A stretch of DNA of 64,000 nt from Neocallimastix sp. 'constans' (Eukaryota): positions 248,001-312,000 of the forward strand of contig JBODTK010000014.1 in NCBI GenBank assembly GCA_050613775.1, written 5' to 3'. Below, piece after piece: positions 1-15,604 of the stretch (its first letter is position 1; each line of letters begins with the position of its first letter). The position numbers and the translations under genes are program-made. A model generated the notes under the pieces. That model did not search any database. It saw only the letters and a program-made list of their open reading frames with translations, and was not told the DNA's origin.

Positions 1-48
1 TTATTTATAATCATTTAGATACGAACTATATAATAATATCTTAATTTT

Positions 49-84
<36 letters not shown>

Positions 85-891
85 CCTTTAACAAAAGAAA
101 TAAAATATTTAAAAAAATTTATGCAGTAAAATAAAATAAAATAAAATAAATAAAATAATACAGAATTTGCCTTATATATTTTATAAAAGCATTATTAAAA
201 TAATTTTTTTTTAATAATTTTATTGATTGGAATAAGGAAAAGAAAAAAGAAAAAGTAAAATAAATAAATACATCAAAATTTAATAAAATTTTAACGAAAT
301 AATATTTTTTAAAATTAATTATTATAATAATAATAAAAATAAAGTTAAATTATTTTATGAAATGAATAACTTAAATTTAACTTTGAAATGAAGAAAAGTA
401 TATCAAAATAAAAAAAAATAAAAAATAAAAAAAAAAAAACTTTTTTTTTATAATAATAATAAATAATTTCAATATACCCTTTTTATGTGAATTTATTATT
501 TTATAAAAAAAATAAATAAATAAATAAAATAGAATAAAATAAAATATACTATATATATATTATAACATGAATTGCATTTATTAATTTATTTAATAATGAT
601 TTAAATAATTTATAATTTATAAATATATCTTTATATTTAATATATTTAATTACATTGAAAAAGATGTATAGAAATATTCACTTTTAATTAATAATAATAA
701 TAAATATATATCATTCATCAAAAATATAATTATATATATTCATATTTTTTTTTGAATAATAAAAAATACAAACAAACAAACAAACAACAACAACAAAAAA
801 AAAAAAAAAAAAAAGAATTCATAAATAATTTCAATAATAATTAGTAATTTCAAGAAAATTTAATTTATTACATAATAATATTATATAAAAA

Positions 892-3265
892 ATGAATTAT
901 TTAATATCATATATTATTCCATTGATAACCATTTTTTTATTTTCTACCATAAAAGCAGCCAGTGCTGGTGGTACAGAAAAAATAAATGTTTTAATAAGTA
1001 AACCAGATATTGAAGATCCAAAAAATTACCTGGAAAGATACAATGCCTTTGTGAAACAATATGTAGATAAAAAAAGACTTGAATCAAATGATAGTATACC
1101 CTCAATGGACATTGAATTTTCGTATTGTGAGCCTGATCCTAATGATGGAATAGCTTTATTTTTTGCCTATAAATACTCTAAGGATGTTGAACGTTTTGTG
1201 GATCTGGAATTCGCAAAAAATTTGAATTGTACCCTTAGAGAATTAAAAAAGAAAGGAAATGAAAACATTTATGATATGGTTGTATTACCTGATCGATTAC
1301 TTTACAGTGATGATACTTATATTCATAATGCTGTTATTGAAGGTTCCTTTTATATAGAACATATACATGATTATTTATTAAATTATGATCATTTAATTAG
1401 CATGGAAGATATTAAACATCATAATAAAGTGATTCTTGAACGAGCTCGTCATAAAGGAAAAGAGTTGCTCGGTCTACCCTATGAATTGGATTTTGATAAT
1501 CTCTATTATTATAATGAAGATGAAGATAAGAAAAATGAATTTTTAACGGATTCCATCCTTTTCCAAAAGAATATTATTAATAATAATCAAAAAGATGATG
1601 AGAAAAAGGAATTACCCCACACCTCAAATGGAACATTAAGTATTGCCCTTGGAGATGAGGATGAATTAATTAATTTATTTTTTGAGTATGTTCGTATTCA
1701 TCTTTTTGAGTCAAGTCATCCGGAGGACACCAGCTATTTGGATAAATTTTATAATGATAAAAATAAAATTATGGAGTTTTATAGGTCCTTCAGAGAGTTC
1801 GTCCTCAAATATACTGGATCCGATATAAGGAATACGCTTTCCACAACCCCTCAACAGGCCTTCCAATCATTTATTCAAAAAGATAAAAAATTATTTAAGG
1901 GGAAAGCTTCCTATTATTCCTTATTAAAGAAGAATGTCACGGATTCCATATCCATGGCAAATCTACCTAAGGATTATGGAGTTGTGGAAGGAAAATATCT
2001 TTCCATTCTTAACTATAGTCATAAGCTTCCCAATCATGCCGATGATATTTTATATTATGCTCTTCTACTAACATCAGAAGATTTTCAACTTGCTCGAGCT
2101 ACGGAATTCGGATCGATACCAACGGTTAACTTGAACGTTTCTAAAATGACTACCCCTCATACACCTAAACCTACACCTACATCTACATCTACATCTACTC
2201 ATCCCTATTGCCTTGATAATCAAAGTATTTGTAGAGTATTTAGTCGTACAAAACCCATTGAGGTAAAAAAAGTTTTCCAAAAAAATAAGTATAGTGCCAG
2301 TTTCTTAGAAATAAGAATAATATTACCTATTATATTACAAAAATTAATATCGGAGGAGGCCTATCAACCCATTTATGAAAAAATTCCAAATTTTATAAAT
2401 ACTGGCGAATTAGTGAAAGCCGAGGAAAAGACCTCTCCAAAAGAAATAATATTATTAATTACATTTGGTGTGACTTCTTTGGCTGTCATTTTCTTTCTCT
2501 TATATATTATGATCATGGTATATAAGAATAGAAAACATCCCTACTTAAAAGCAATATCCCCTCAACTCTCCAATATCACTCTCTTAGGATTAATATTGAA
2601 AAGTTTATTTCCATTTTATTTTTGGATGATTCGTAATGAAACTTTATGTCAATTAAACTTTGTATTTAATTTTTTCTTCAGTAATCTAATTTATCTACCC
2701 ATGGTGGCCATTATCTATCGTATTTATTACATCTATACGAATGTTTCTAATGTTAATTTTGGTAAAAAGTTGAATGATCGTCGTATGATACGAAAAATAA
2801 TTATTGCTTTGATATCCGTTTTCATTATTTCTTTTATTGCTTCCTTTTATGGTCGATTTGGTTTTACTACCTTTGGAGCTTTCGAACCCTACCGTATAAT
2901 ATGGTGTTATTTCTATAATTTTATCTTTTACCTGGCTATCCTACTCATTTACAGTACCATATTGGTAAGTAATATATTATCATATATTTATAATATATAT
3001 ATTATAAATTATTTTCCTTTTTTTTTTTTTTTTTTTTATATTATTATTTGTTTAATTTATATTTATTTATTTATTTATTTATTTGCTTATCGACTTATCC
3101 TACTTATTTATATTGTTAATAATAAATTTATACTAACTTTTTTTTTTTTTTTTTTTTTTTTTTTGACATTATAATTAACTTTAAATATCTATAACTTTAA
3201 ATATCTATAATTTTATATATTTATAATTTTATATATCTACTTTTTATTTTTTATATATATTACCA

Positions 3266-3342
<77 letters not shown>

Positions 3343-3890
3343 GTTGTTATTGTTGTTGTTATTATTATTATTAGTTCATATTTATGATTATTATGGTCAT
3401 AAAAATTCATAAACTTTCCAAAAAATATGGAGATATTAAATTTATATTTTTCATTGTCGTACTTTTATTTACGACAACTATTTTTGATAGTTCTATCTAT
3501 TTATTATTAGGTATTGATTCATTATATGTTGTCTTGTACGGAATTTATCTATTTAGTTGTATTGTAAGTACTTATCTTTTAGTAGGTTATCGACTAATCT
3601 ATATTAAAAAGCATCCTATCAAGGATGGATCTTTTAATGGAAATAGTGTAGATGATGGGCACTTTGATAATGCCATAAATCTTGTAAACTTTATACCGTT
3701 AATGAAAGATAAAAATAACCGAACCTTTTCCTTTTTTAATCGGAGTAAACATGATCTCAATAGTCATGGAACCTTTGTTATCTTTCAAGATGATGATAAT
3801 GATTCCATTGAAAAAAATCCAAATAATTATTTCTTTAATCGTACCTTACGAATACTTAATCAACAGAAACAAAAAAGAGCTTCCGTATAA
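892..3890 (+). CDS. Class C (GABA-B-like) 7TM receptor with N-terminal solute-binding-protein-like ectodomain, paralog 1; exons 892-2964, 3375-3890 (~862 aa)
   Basis: Signal-peptide-like N-terminus. Motifs GLPYELDF, KGKASY, FGSIPT and ASFLEIRIILP are shared with the three paralogs. The hydrophobic helices include YKNRKHPYLKAISP..G and YRIYYIY, typical of class C TM1-TM3. Donor GTAAGT at 2965 and acceptor TTAG at 3371-3374 join ORF 892 in frame to ORF 3384 (phase 0). Confidence 0.85.
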
Positions 3891-4192
3891 AAATAATTTT
3901 TATTTGATCAAAAATTTTTTAAATAAATACCTTAAAAAAAAAAAAAAAAATATAAAGTGAGAAAATAAGCATTCAATCTTATTAATCATAATAGAAGTAT
4001 TAATGGGAAAAAAAAATAAATAATTATAATAGTAATAATTTTTTTTTTTTTTTTTTTAAAAAAAATATATATATATAATAATCTCATAATATCATTTCCA
4101 TTAAAAGTCAACATAAACCAAACAAGTTATTTCTAATTCTAATCCTAATAATAATAAAAAAAAAAAATTTATAAAAATAAAAATAAAAATAA

Positions 4193-4514
4193 AAATAAAT
4201 GTTTTTAAGTGTTTAATATAAATAATTAAAATAGAATTTTAAATAATTATATTAAATAAAAAATAATAATAAAAATTATAATAATAAAGAAAATAATAAA
4301 AATAAATGTTTTTTAAGTGTTTAATATAAATAATTAAAATAGAATTTTAAATAATTATATTAAATAAAAAATAATAATAAAAATTATAATAATAAAGAAA
4401 ATAATAAAAATAAATGTTTTTTAAGTGTTTAATATAAATAATTAAAATAGAATTTTAAATAATTATATTAAATAAAAAATAATAATAAAAATTATAATAA
4501 TAAAGATAATAATA
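4193..4514. repeat. ~108-bp tandem repeat, about 3 copies
   Basis: GTTTTT(T)AAGTGTTTAATATAAATAATTAAAATAGAATTTT recurs at 4201, 4308 and 4416. Confidence 0.9.
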
Positions 4515-5336
4515 AACAATTTTAATAAAATTTTAATTGAAAATATATAAATTTAATAAATAATAATAATAAAAAAAAAAAAAAAAAAATTAATTATATT
4601 AATAAACATAAAAATAAAATGATAGAAAACTAAATAAATATATATATATATATATATTTAATCAAAATTAATCCAAATTTATTAAAATTTTAAAAAGAAA
4701 AATAATAATAATAATAATAGTAATAATAATAATAGTAATAATAATAATAATAGTAATAATATTAAAAGTTAGTAATAAAATTTAGTGTTATTATTTATTC
4801 CTTCTTAAATTCTATTTAGAAATTTTAAAGTGGATTAAATTCTCAGAAGGATTTTGGGAAGCAATGATTTGAATCATTGATTATTTTTACCATATTTAGA
4901 AATGATTTTGAAATCTTTATAGTTTACTTTTTTGTTTTTTTTTTTAAATATTAATATTAATATTAATATTGTTTAATCGAATTAATTTTGTAATTCTAAT
5001 ATTAATTTTCCACAGAAATAAAAAAAAAAAAAAAAAATTCTGGTATATTTTAATGGGGAGGGGGTTAAATGATGTCTTCAAAAAAAAACTCCCACCTCTC
5101 TTCCTTTTTTTCAATTCAATTTAAAAAGAAATAGGATAAATTTTTCTAATTTTTTTTTTTTTATTTGAACTCTGTCATTATGGGGAAAAAATATATATAT
5201 ATATATTTGTAATTGTTAATTGATATTTATTTTTATTTTAAATTTCAGAATTAATAGATATATAGATAAATATATAGATAGATATTATTCATTCATTCTT
5301 GGTAGATAATTTATATTTATATTGCTATTATTCTTC

Positions 5337-5370
<34 letters not shown>

Positions 5371-5629
5371 TTATTGAAGAAAGAAAAAAAAATGTATTTA
5401 GTTTATCATAATATTAAGTCAAAATATAATATTTTTTACATAATAATAATTAAAGGTATTTAAACGTTTTGTTATCCATAAATAAAATTATTATACAACA
5501 AAGTACTTTTTTTATAAAATGGTTATTAAAATTTAATCCTAATTGATAAAGATAAAATAAAAATACACAATTTTAATTTATTTATGGAATAATTATAATT
5601 AGGTTCAACAATATATCATTCCATAGAAA

Positions 5630-6240
5630 TTTATTTAATTATTTAATTATTTAGTTATTTATTATTATTTATTATTAAATTATTTATTATTTATTATTCC
5701 ATTATTTAATTATTTAATTATTATTATTATTTATTATTTATTATTTATTATTCCATTATTTAATTATTATTTATTATTTATTATTTATTATTTATTATTT
5801 ATTATTTATTATTCCATTATTTAATTATTATTATTTATTATTTATTATTTATTATTCCATTATTTATTATTCAATTATTTATTATTTATTATTCCATTAT
5901 TTATTATTCCATTATTTATTATTTATTATTTATTATTTATTATTTATTATTTCATTATTTATTATTTATTATTTATTATTTAATTATTTATTATTTATTA
6001 TTCCATTATTTATTATTTGTTATTTGTTATTTATTATTTATTATTTGTTATTTGTTATTTGTTATTTGTTATTTATTATTTATTATTTATTATTTATTAT
6101 TTATTATTTATTATTTATTATTTATTATTTATTATTTATTATTTATTATTTATTATTTATTATTTATTATTTATTATTTATTATTTATTATTTATTATTT
6201 ATTATTTATTATTTAATATTTATTATTCAATTATTTATTT
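5630..6240. repeat. (TTATTTA)n satellite with TTATTC[CA]A and TTATTTG variants
   Basis: Seen directly; it explains the spurious IIYYLLF ORFs. Confidence 0.95.
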
Positions 6241-6302
6241 ATGTTAATAATAACAGTTGTTGGCTTAGTATATAATATATTGATATTTATAAAATAGGAG
6301 TG

Positions 6303-6335
<33 letters not shown>

Positions 6336-7254
6336 CTATTATATTGTTACACAATTAAAGTAATATAAAACATTTAAAACTAACGGTTCATATTAATGTA
6401 CAAACAATAATTACGTAATTTATAATATGTAGAACTTATAAGTAGAAATAAGTCTAAGTTTATAAAACATCAGTCACTGTATACTATAATATGCCCATAA
6501 CTATTAGTAATATAATATAATATACACATTTTACACAATATATATGCATTATATATCATATTATATTTAAGAATATAAAGTTTGAAAAAAATTTTATAAA
6601 TAAATAAATAAATAATAAATAAATACTATTTTTTTGAAAGTTCTTTAAACTTCTGTATTTATTATGAATAGGATTATATATTTTATACATGTCAATTATG
6701 TCATTTATATAACCAATGCATGTCATTTATGTCATAAATTCTTTATATATATAGAGAATAGAATTAATTAATTCTTGTTAATATTTTTTGTTTCATGTCA
6801 CCTCTTCTACCAAAAATTAAAAAAATAATAAATATTAAAAATTAAAAAAAAAAAATTTTTAATATTAAAAAAATTAAGAATAATTAAAAAAAAAAATTTT
6901 TTTTTTTTAATTCATTTAAAACTAGGGACATTATCCATTTATGGTAAAATAAAAAAAAATGTTTCTTTTTTTTTTTTTTTTTTTGTGTGTATTTTTTTTA
7001 TTAATAAAATAAAAAAAAAAAAAAAAAAAAAATAAAATTTAATATTTTCTTTAAAGGAAATATTAAAAAAAAAAAAAAAAAGAAACATTTTTTATTTATG
7101 TTTTTTTTTTTTTTTTTGAAAACAAATGATAGAAAATGGGAAATTTCAATTTAACTATTTTTAATTAATAAATTATTTATGGAAAGTCTTTTTTTTTTTT
7201 TTTTACTACTTTTAGCTTTATTTTTATTTTTTTTTTATTTTGATTTTATTAAAT

Positions 7255-7588
7255 TCCCTTGGCATACCGTTTCGGTGTAGATCTCTCTCTCTTTCTCTCT
7301 CTCCTTCTTTTCGAATCATCCTCGAGAGGGGTAGGAACGACTACACTAAACACTAATCCTCTCACAAATTGAGTGCTGCTCTTTCTCTCTCTCTCTCTCT
7401 CTCTGCCATCTTCACTTTACAATTATATATGGTCTAGCAACAAGGAATACTTATCCTAGTGAGCAAGCGACCAACTTCATTTTATTGGGGAAAAACACAC
7501 TCTTGGAAGATGAAAATCTCTCCTCCCCCCTTTCAGGAAGTAGTCGGGGTTTCAATTCAGAAACCTTATATGTGTAACGGTTCAGAGT
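7255..7588 (+). mobile_element. GC-richer island, possible retroelement 3' end/SINE-like remnant
   Basis: Composition contrasts with the flanks, it has internal (TC)n runs, patchy similarity to 20260-20460, and a tandem-repeat tail follows. Confidence 0.35.
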
Positions 7589-7695
7589 AATAATTATAAT
7601 AAATAATTATAATAAATAATTATAATAAATAATTATAATAAATAATTATAATAAATAATTATAATAAATAATTATAATAAATAATTATAATAAAT
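7589..7695. repeat. 13-bp tandem repeat (ATAATTATAATAA)n
   Basis: Seen directly. Confidence 0.9.
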
Positions 7696-8519
7696 AATAA
7701 TAATAATAATAATAGTGGAATAAATATATCTGATATAGTATGCCTAGGCTCAAATTCTCTTGTTGGGAGAAGTTTTATTTAAGTTGTTATTTAATTATTA
7801 ATTTTTATTTATTTATTATTTAAAAGTAATTATAAAAATTATTTAATACATGTATTTAACTATTCATTTGTAAATATGAAAGTAATTATAAAATAAATTG
7901 GCATAAAACCGCGCAAAGAATAATTATAAAGAATTAATCTTGCTTTTATATTTGTAGTTCATAATAACCTATTTAAATAATTAATATTTTTAGAATTAAC
8001 TATTAAGTATTTAAATTATTTCATATAAAGTACAAAATAAAAACATAAAATATTAAAATAAAATATTTATAAAATAATAATAAAAATATTAGATATTTAT
8101 TATAATTAATAAAATATAAAATATTCAATATAAGAATAATATAAAAATAATAAAAAGAATTTTATAAATTATTTTCAATTTTAACCAAACATAAAATTTA
8201 TTATATAAATTTTATGTTTACATTAATTTTTATGTTCTTGCATAATTTTATGTCTTTACATAATTTTAATTTTATCACATTATTTTCGATCACGTTTTAT
8301 TTATGTCACGAATTTGCAAATGATTTATTAATTTATTTTTATGTAATAATTAATAAAATAATTTATTAATAATTAAAGTTTTTATTTGGGTGTTATATCA
8401 TATCTATAAAGGAAATTATGAGAAATAATTTATCACTTTCCTTATTTAATATTTAATATAAAAAATTAAAGTAAAAAAAAATTATAAATAAATAATTAAA
8501 TAAATAATAATTAAAGTGT

Positions 8520-8531
8520 TGAATAATTGAA

Positions 8532-8604
<73 letters not shown>

Positions 8605-8930
8605 AATTAATTAATTAATTAATTAAAGAGTTAAATAATTAAATAGTTGAATAAGTAAATAAATAAATAATTAATTAATTAAAGAGTTGAATAATTAAAT
8701 AGTTGAATAATTAAATAAATAATTAAATAGTTGAATAATTAAATAAATAATTAAATAGTTGAATAATTAAATAAATAATTAAATAGTTGAATAATTAAAT
8801 AAATAATTAAATAGTTGAATAATTAAATAAATAGTTAAATAGTTGAATAAGTAAATAGTTGAATAATTAAATAAATAAATAATTAAAGTGTTGAATAAGT
8901 AAATAGTTGAATAAGTAAATAAGTAAATAA
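8520..8930. repeat. (TAAA)n, (TAAT)n and TAGTTGAATAATTAAATAAATAATTAAA-type tandem repeats
   Basis: Seen directly. Confidence 0.85.
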
Positions 8931-10055
8931 TTACATAATAATTATAGTACAAACGAATTCAATTATTTTTCACCTTAAAAAGGAAAAAAAAATTATTATA
9001 TAATTTATATATAATAATTAATAATAATTAATATTACAAATATGAATCAGAAACATTTACTAATTAATATTACAAACATGAAACAGAAACAAAAACAAAA
9101 AAAAAATTGTACAAATAATCTTAATTAAAAATAATAATACTAATATATATAATATATATATATAAAGGATTTATTAATTCAACCGGGACAGTTAAAAAAA
9201 AAAAAATAAAAAAATAAAAAAAAGATATATATATATATATATAAATAAATAAAAAATAAAATATACTATTATATAATTGGATAAAATTTTAAAAAAAAAT
9301 TGATACATCATTACAGTATCGTTATATGAATAATATATATAATATATGCAATTATATAATTATATAAATTATATAATCTTAATGCGAAGAGGAACTTAAC
9401 ATTTTTATTTTTTATCTTATTTTATTTATTTTTACAATCTTTCTCTATCTTATATCTTATATCTTATATTATATAATTATATAATTATAATTGTAATAAT
9501 AGTTTATAATTTTTTTTATGTATATAAATGTAGATATTTATATTTAATTATTCCATTATAGGATCAATTAATGATGTTTTATTAGTCATCTTCATCCTCT
9601 TTTTTTTTTTTTTTTTTTTTTTTCGTTTATGGTTATATTAACTAATAAAATTTTTAATTTTATTTTTATCATCAATTTTAGAAAAAAAAAAATTTTTTTT
9701 TTTCTCCTTTCTCTCTCTCTCTCTCTTTTTTTTTTTTTTTTTTTTTTTTGTTTAAATTAAAAAAAAAAAAAAAAAAAAAAATTATGAATCTGTCTATCTA
9801 TTCTCTTTGTCTACCTTTTATTTTTTTTTTTTTTAATGTTTAATTATTTCTTTTATTTTTTTTTTAAATAAAATAATACTACAAATAATTAGTGATGATA
9901 AATAGTAATAATATAAAAATATAAAATTATAAATCAAGAAAAAAAAATATATATATATATATATAAAACAAATATAAAAAGATAAATCATTAATATCAAC
10001 TTTCTTAATTAATTTACTATCATCATCGTCATCATTAGATCTTCAATAATTAAAA

Positions 10056-10094
<39 letters not shown>

Positions 10095-11251
10095 ATATTT
10101 CATTCTCCTAAAAATTTCATTTTTTTTTTTAAAAAAAAAGATTAATTTTAAATTAATTTATTAATAATAATAATTAATATTAATGAGATTTAAATTTTAA
10201 AATAATAAATTATATTTTATTTTAAATAATAAATAAATTAAAAAAAAATGGTATAATAAATAATTAAATAATCAAATATGATAACTAATAAATAATTGAA
10301 TAATTATATTTTAATTAACAATAAATATTCAATATTCAATAATAATAAACAATCATTATAAAAATAATTAAATCAATAATTGAATCTTGGAAAATAATAA
10401 ATAATAAATAATTAAATAATAAAAAGTAAATAATTGAATTATAAATAATTAAATAATAAATAATAAATAATTAAATAATAAAAAGTAAATAATTGAATTA
10501 TAAATAATTAAATAATAAATAATAAATAATTAAATTATAAATAATAAAAAGTAAATAATTGAATTATAAATAATTAAATAATAATAGTAATAAAATAAAT
10601 ATTAATAATTAATAATTAATTAATAATTAATAAAAATTAAATAATTGAGAAATATCAAATATTTATTAATTATATATTAAAAAATATATTAAATAGTGGA
10701 CAAATAATAATCAATAATGATGAATCATTTAATTAAAATAATTTAAAAAAATAATAAAAAAGTTTTTTTAATAAAAAAGATTTTATAAAAAAAAAAACTA
10801 AAACTTTATTTTATATTAAAACATACACATAAAAATCAATGGTCACACAAAATATCATGAATACAAAAATAAATTAATAATTAATTATAAAAAAATAGTT
10901 TTGAATTTTTTTTTTTTTTTTATTTTATTTTTATTGTTTGAAAGTAGTTTTATAGTGTAACTATCAGAATTTATTTTATTGTATATAAATATAAATATAA
11001 TTATAAATATAAATATAAATACATATATATATGTATTTATATATATATATCTTATTTTAAAAAATAAAATAAGAATAAAAAAAAAAAAAAATAAAAAAAT
11101 AAAAAAAAGATATTAAATTATTTTGTACTAATAAAAATGCATAATAAAATAAAAAAATAAAAATTTTTTACAAAGTACAAAATATATATTACTATATAAA
11201 TATAAGGTTTATCCTTTTTTTTTTTTTTCCACTAAAAAAAAAGAAGAGATT

Positions 11252-11290
<39 letters not shown>

Positions 11291-11347
11291 AATTCACACT
11301 TTAATATCTTTTCTTATTTTCTTTTAATTTATTTTAAGTTCCTTTTT

Positions 11348-11379
<32 letters not shown>

Positions 11380-12487
11380 ATTTATAATATTTAATTTAAT
11401 AATTATAATTATAAAAATACAATTTAAAAAGTGATATAAAATTAATATATTTATATTCTCACATAGATAAAAGAAAACTTATTAAGATTTTAATTTAAAT
11501 AAAAAAAAAAAAAAAGTATAATTAAATGATAAAAGTTATAGTTTCAAAATATAAATTAAATGAAAAGAAAAAAAATAAAATAAAATTTCAACTAATCAAA
11601 ATAAAATAAAATAAGCCTATAATTTGTAACTCTATGAATAAAAAAACAAAAAGATAAAAAGTAAATTAAGAAAAAAAAAAAAAAATACAATAAAGCAATA
11701 ATTTATAATATAAATATATAATTATTCCTTTTATATATATATATATATATAAATAAAATAAACAAAATCAATAATAATATTCATTAGGTTTTAACATAGA
11801 AATTAATAATTTACAAAATAAATTATTTAATATTATATTTTTATTTCCTTCTAATTTTGTAAATAAAATAATATAATAATTGTGTTTTATAGTTTTATTA
11901 TAAAATTTATAATATTTGAATTATTACTATTATATTTATTTATTAATTTATTATCATTAATATTTTTTTTTTTTTTTTGTTAGATAGTATAAACTATTGA
12001 TATTAATTTCGTTAATAATTAATGATAATTGTTAAAAAAGAAATTTATATATAATTTTAATTTATTAATAAAGCAAGCAAACAAACAAACAACGAATTAA
12101 TAATAATTGATATAAAAGAAATTTACATATAATTTTAATTTATTAATAAAACAAGCAAGCGAACAAACAACAAATATTTATGTATATAGTAAAAAAAAAA
12201 AAAAAAGAAAAAAAAAAAAAAAAGGGAAAAAAATAAAATTAAACTATTTTAATTTGGGTTAATATAAAGTATATATAGTATATATATTAATAATAATAAT
12301 TTTTTTAAAAAAAAACATTTCACTGATAGTATATGCAAATTAAATAAAATTCTCTCTCATAATAATAAATCAATGAGTTAAATTAAATTTAAAAAAGGAA
12401 AGAAAGAAAGAAAGAAAGAAAAGTTAAATAAAACAAATCAAAACAAAATATATTTAAATAACACTAAAAAAAAAAAAAAAAAAAAAA

Positions 12488-13091
12488 ATGCAATTTATAT
12501 CACATTTAATTTTATCGATTGTTTACTTTTTAGTATTATCTATTCAAAAAAGTAAAGCTAATGAAAATACAATAAAAATATTAATCAATCGACCTGATAT
12601 TCATTCAGAAGAATATTTGGAAAAACATAATTCCTTAATAAATCAATATTTTATATCAGAGGGAATCTTTAATAAAACCAACATACCTCCTCTTAATATT
12701 TCTTTTTCCTATTGTTCACCGGTACCAGAGGATGGATTTTATATAGAATTTTTATACAATGTATTTAATTCAGGATTTACCGTAGATGTTGACTTTATAA
12801 GAAATTTAAATTGTACGATAAGGGAATTAAAAGATTCTAATTATGATATGATGATCGTGGATGATCGATTTCTATTTATCGATGAATCCTCTGTATCCAA
12901 TCCTAATATAAATATGGGGTTCGCCTTGGATAAATTCAGTTCCTATCTATTGAATTATGAACAATATATAACCAATGAAAATGTTCTCGATAGTCATGAT
13001 AAAAATATATTAGATGATGGCTACAGTGAGGAACGATACGGACTTCCTTATGAACTTGATTTTGATGTATTATACCATCAAGAGACCTCTC

Positions 13092-13125
<34 letters not shown>

Positions 13126-15024
13126 TGATAATAATGATAATAATAACAATGATAATAATGATAATAATAACAATGATAATAATGATAATAATAATAAAAA
13201 TAATAATAATGATAATAATAATGTTATTAATAATGGTAATAATGTAACTACATCATTATCAAAGAATGAAACTAATAAAAAACAAAAAAGATCATCATCC
13301 ATCAACATGAATAACAATGATGACAGCAACAACAACTACAATAACAGTAACAATGATAATGACAACAATCACAAAAATAATGATAATAATAATATGGACA
13401 ATAATAAGGATCAGGATAAGAATAAGGATAGAATAAGTCTAGGACTTGCAGATAATGATGAATTATTAAATTCATTTATTGAATATTCTAAATATCATTT
13501 TAATAATAAACAAAAGACTAAAATTTTCAAATATCCTGACTATTTTAAGAATTTTTATAAGAAAGAAATATATGAATCCTTTGCAAAATTTTTAGTTGAA
13601 AAAACAGGATTAAGTATCAATGAAACTTTAGCCATCTCCATGGAAGATGCCTATCATTCCTTTATTAATGGTCAAGATTCATGGATGAAAGGGAAGGCTT
13701 CCTATTTTCAAGAATTAAAACAATATAATAATATAACCGTTAGAATGGATAATTCCTTAAATGATTGTGGTAGTGTCATTCGTGAAAAATTTGTGGTCAT
13801 CAATAAAAATAGTCGAAAAAATAAGGAAATTCTCTTTGAAATTGCGCTTCAACTTACCTCCAGAAAATTTCAAATCTATCGTGCCAATCATTTTGGTAGT
13901 ATACCCACCTTTGATTTAAAGCAAAAAAATCAAGATCAGGAGATTCAACAGTATTGTTCCAGTCATTCTGAAATTTGTGATCAACTTCAATCCCTGAAAC
14001 CTATTCGTATGAAGGAAGCGCTTAAAAAGAATAAATTAAGTAGTAGCTTTCTGGAGTCAAGAATTATTCTTCCCTCCACTCTGAGAACTAATCTTCAAAC
14101 TAATAATTATACCCAAGTCATTACTGCCTTCACCTCCACCAATGAATCGGAGCAATTAATACTCCTATTATTCCATACGAATTGGAATGTGATGATCACT
14201 CTAATGGTCATCCTCGGTATTACGGAAATTTTCCTTATCTACCTTGTCATTACAGTATTTAGGTATAGAAAGCATTCCTGCATGAAGCCAGCATCGCCTA
14301 ATCTATGCTGTTTAACTATTTTCGGTATCATCCTGAGTATCTTCTATCCTATGCTCTACTTTGTACTTTATAATAATTACTTATGTCGGATAAGTTACAT
14401 TTTAAAATTCTTTATCAGTAATATGGTGTATCTTCCCGTCTTCGTCATCATATATCGTATTTTCTATATCTATAAAAATATTTCCAAGGTTCATTTTGGT
14501 GAAAAAATTAATGATCGTTACCTAATAAAGTGTATTACAATCGCGCTCGTCACGGTCATCTCTATTATCACGGTCATGGTATCTTTTAATACCATTAGCA
14601 TCACGACCTATGGATCCCTCATCCAACATCGTTATCTCTATTGTAATTATAATGAACTTGTTATCACTAGTTACATGTTTGCAATATATTATGCCATCTT
14701 TGTAAGTCCATTGATTTATAATAATAATACTATGATGATAATAAATAAGGATAATTATAATTAATAATAAATAATAATTAATAATAATAGTAATAATAAT
14801 TAATAATAATAATAATAATAAATAGTAATAATAATAATAGTAATAATAATAGTAATAATGATAATAAATAGTAATAATAATAATAGTATTAATAATAATA
14901 GTATTAATAATAATAGTAATAATAATAATAAATAATAATAATAATAATAAATAGTAATAATAAATAATAATAATAATAATAAATAGTAATAATAATAGTA
15001 ATAATAATAATAATATAATATTTA

Positions 15025-15063
<39 letters not shown>

Positions 15064-15604
15064 TTTTTATATCTGTATATATATTAATAATTTAATATTT
15101 TTTTTTTTATTTTTCTTTAAATTTTTTCATATATATATATAGGTCTTTGCTATCGTAGTTATGACAATTAAATCCATCAAGGTTACCAAAAAATATCATG
15201 ATATGAAATATGCTATTTTTGTTGTTCTCTACTATACTGCATCTTTTCTTTTTGAAAGCTTTTGCTATAATACACTTATTCCAAACTTTGTTGTAATGAC
15301 TTTTTCCATCACCATTTTATACATAATATCCTCACTTTTCGGTATCTATTTATTAATAGGATCTAGATTACTCTCTGTCTATAAACAATCCAAAGATCAA
15401 AGGGAATTATTTGAAAATAGTATCAAAGAATTAAATATTAATATTGCTGATTTTATTCCTGAGATGAATAAAAGTAGTGGTAAAGTTAAATCCATTTTCA
15501 CCACCTTTAAAAAAGATAAAAGTAAGAATAATAGTATCACGGAAAAAGATAGCAGTGCCATTGATGATCACATAGCCAATAATCCCAATAATTTCTTTTT
15601 TTAA
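12488..15604 (+). CDS. Class C-like 7TM receptor with SBP-like ectodomain, paralog 2; exons 12488-14701, 15143-15604 (~891 aa; ~934 aa to 15734 if an extra T at 15596-15602 is an error)
   Basis: Same motif series (GLPYELDF, KGKASY, FGSIPTF, SSFLESRIILP, RYRKHSCMKPASP). Donor GTAAGT at 14702 and acceptor TAG ending at 15142 are in frame with ORF 15161. Contains an Asn-rich insert. Confidence 0.85.

Noticed and set aside
2965..3174. Hydrophobic C-terminal extensions of the four large receptor ORFs
   Set aside because: Read-through into introns past the GTAAGT donors.
4193..4514. Possible CRISPR-like array
   Set aside because: Plain tandem repeat with no unique spacers, in a eukaryotic context with no cas genes.
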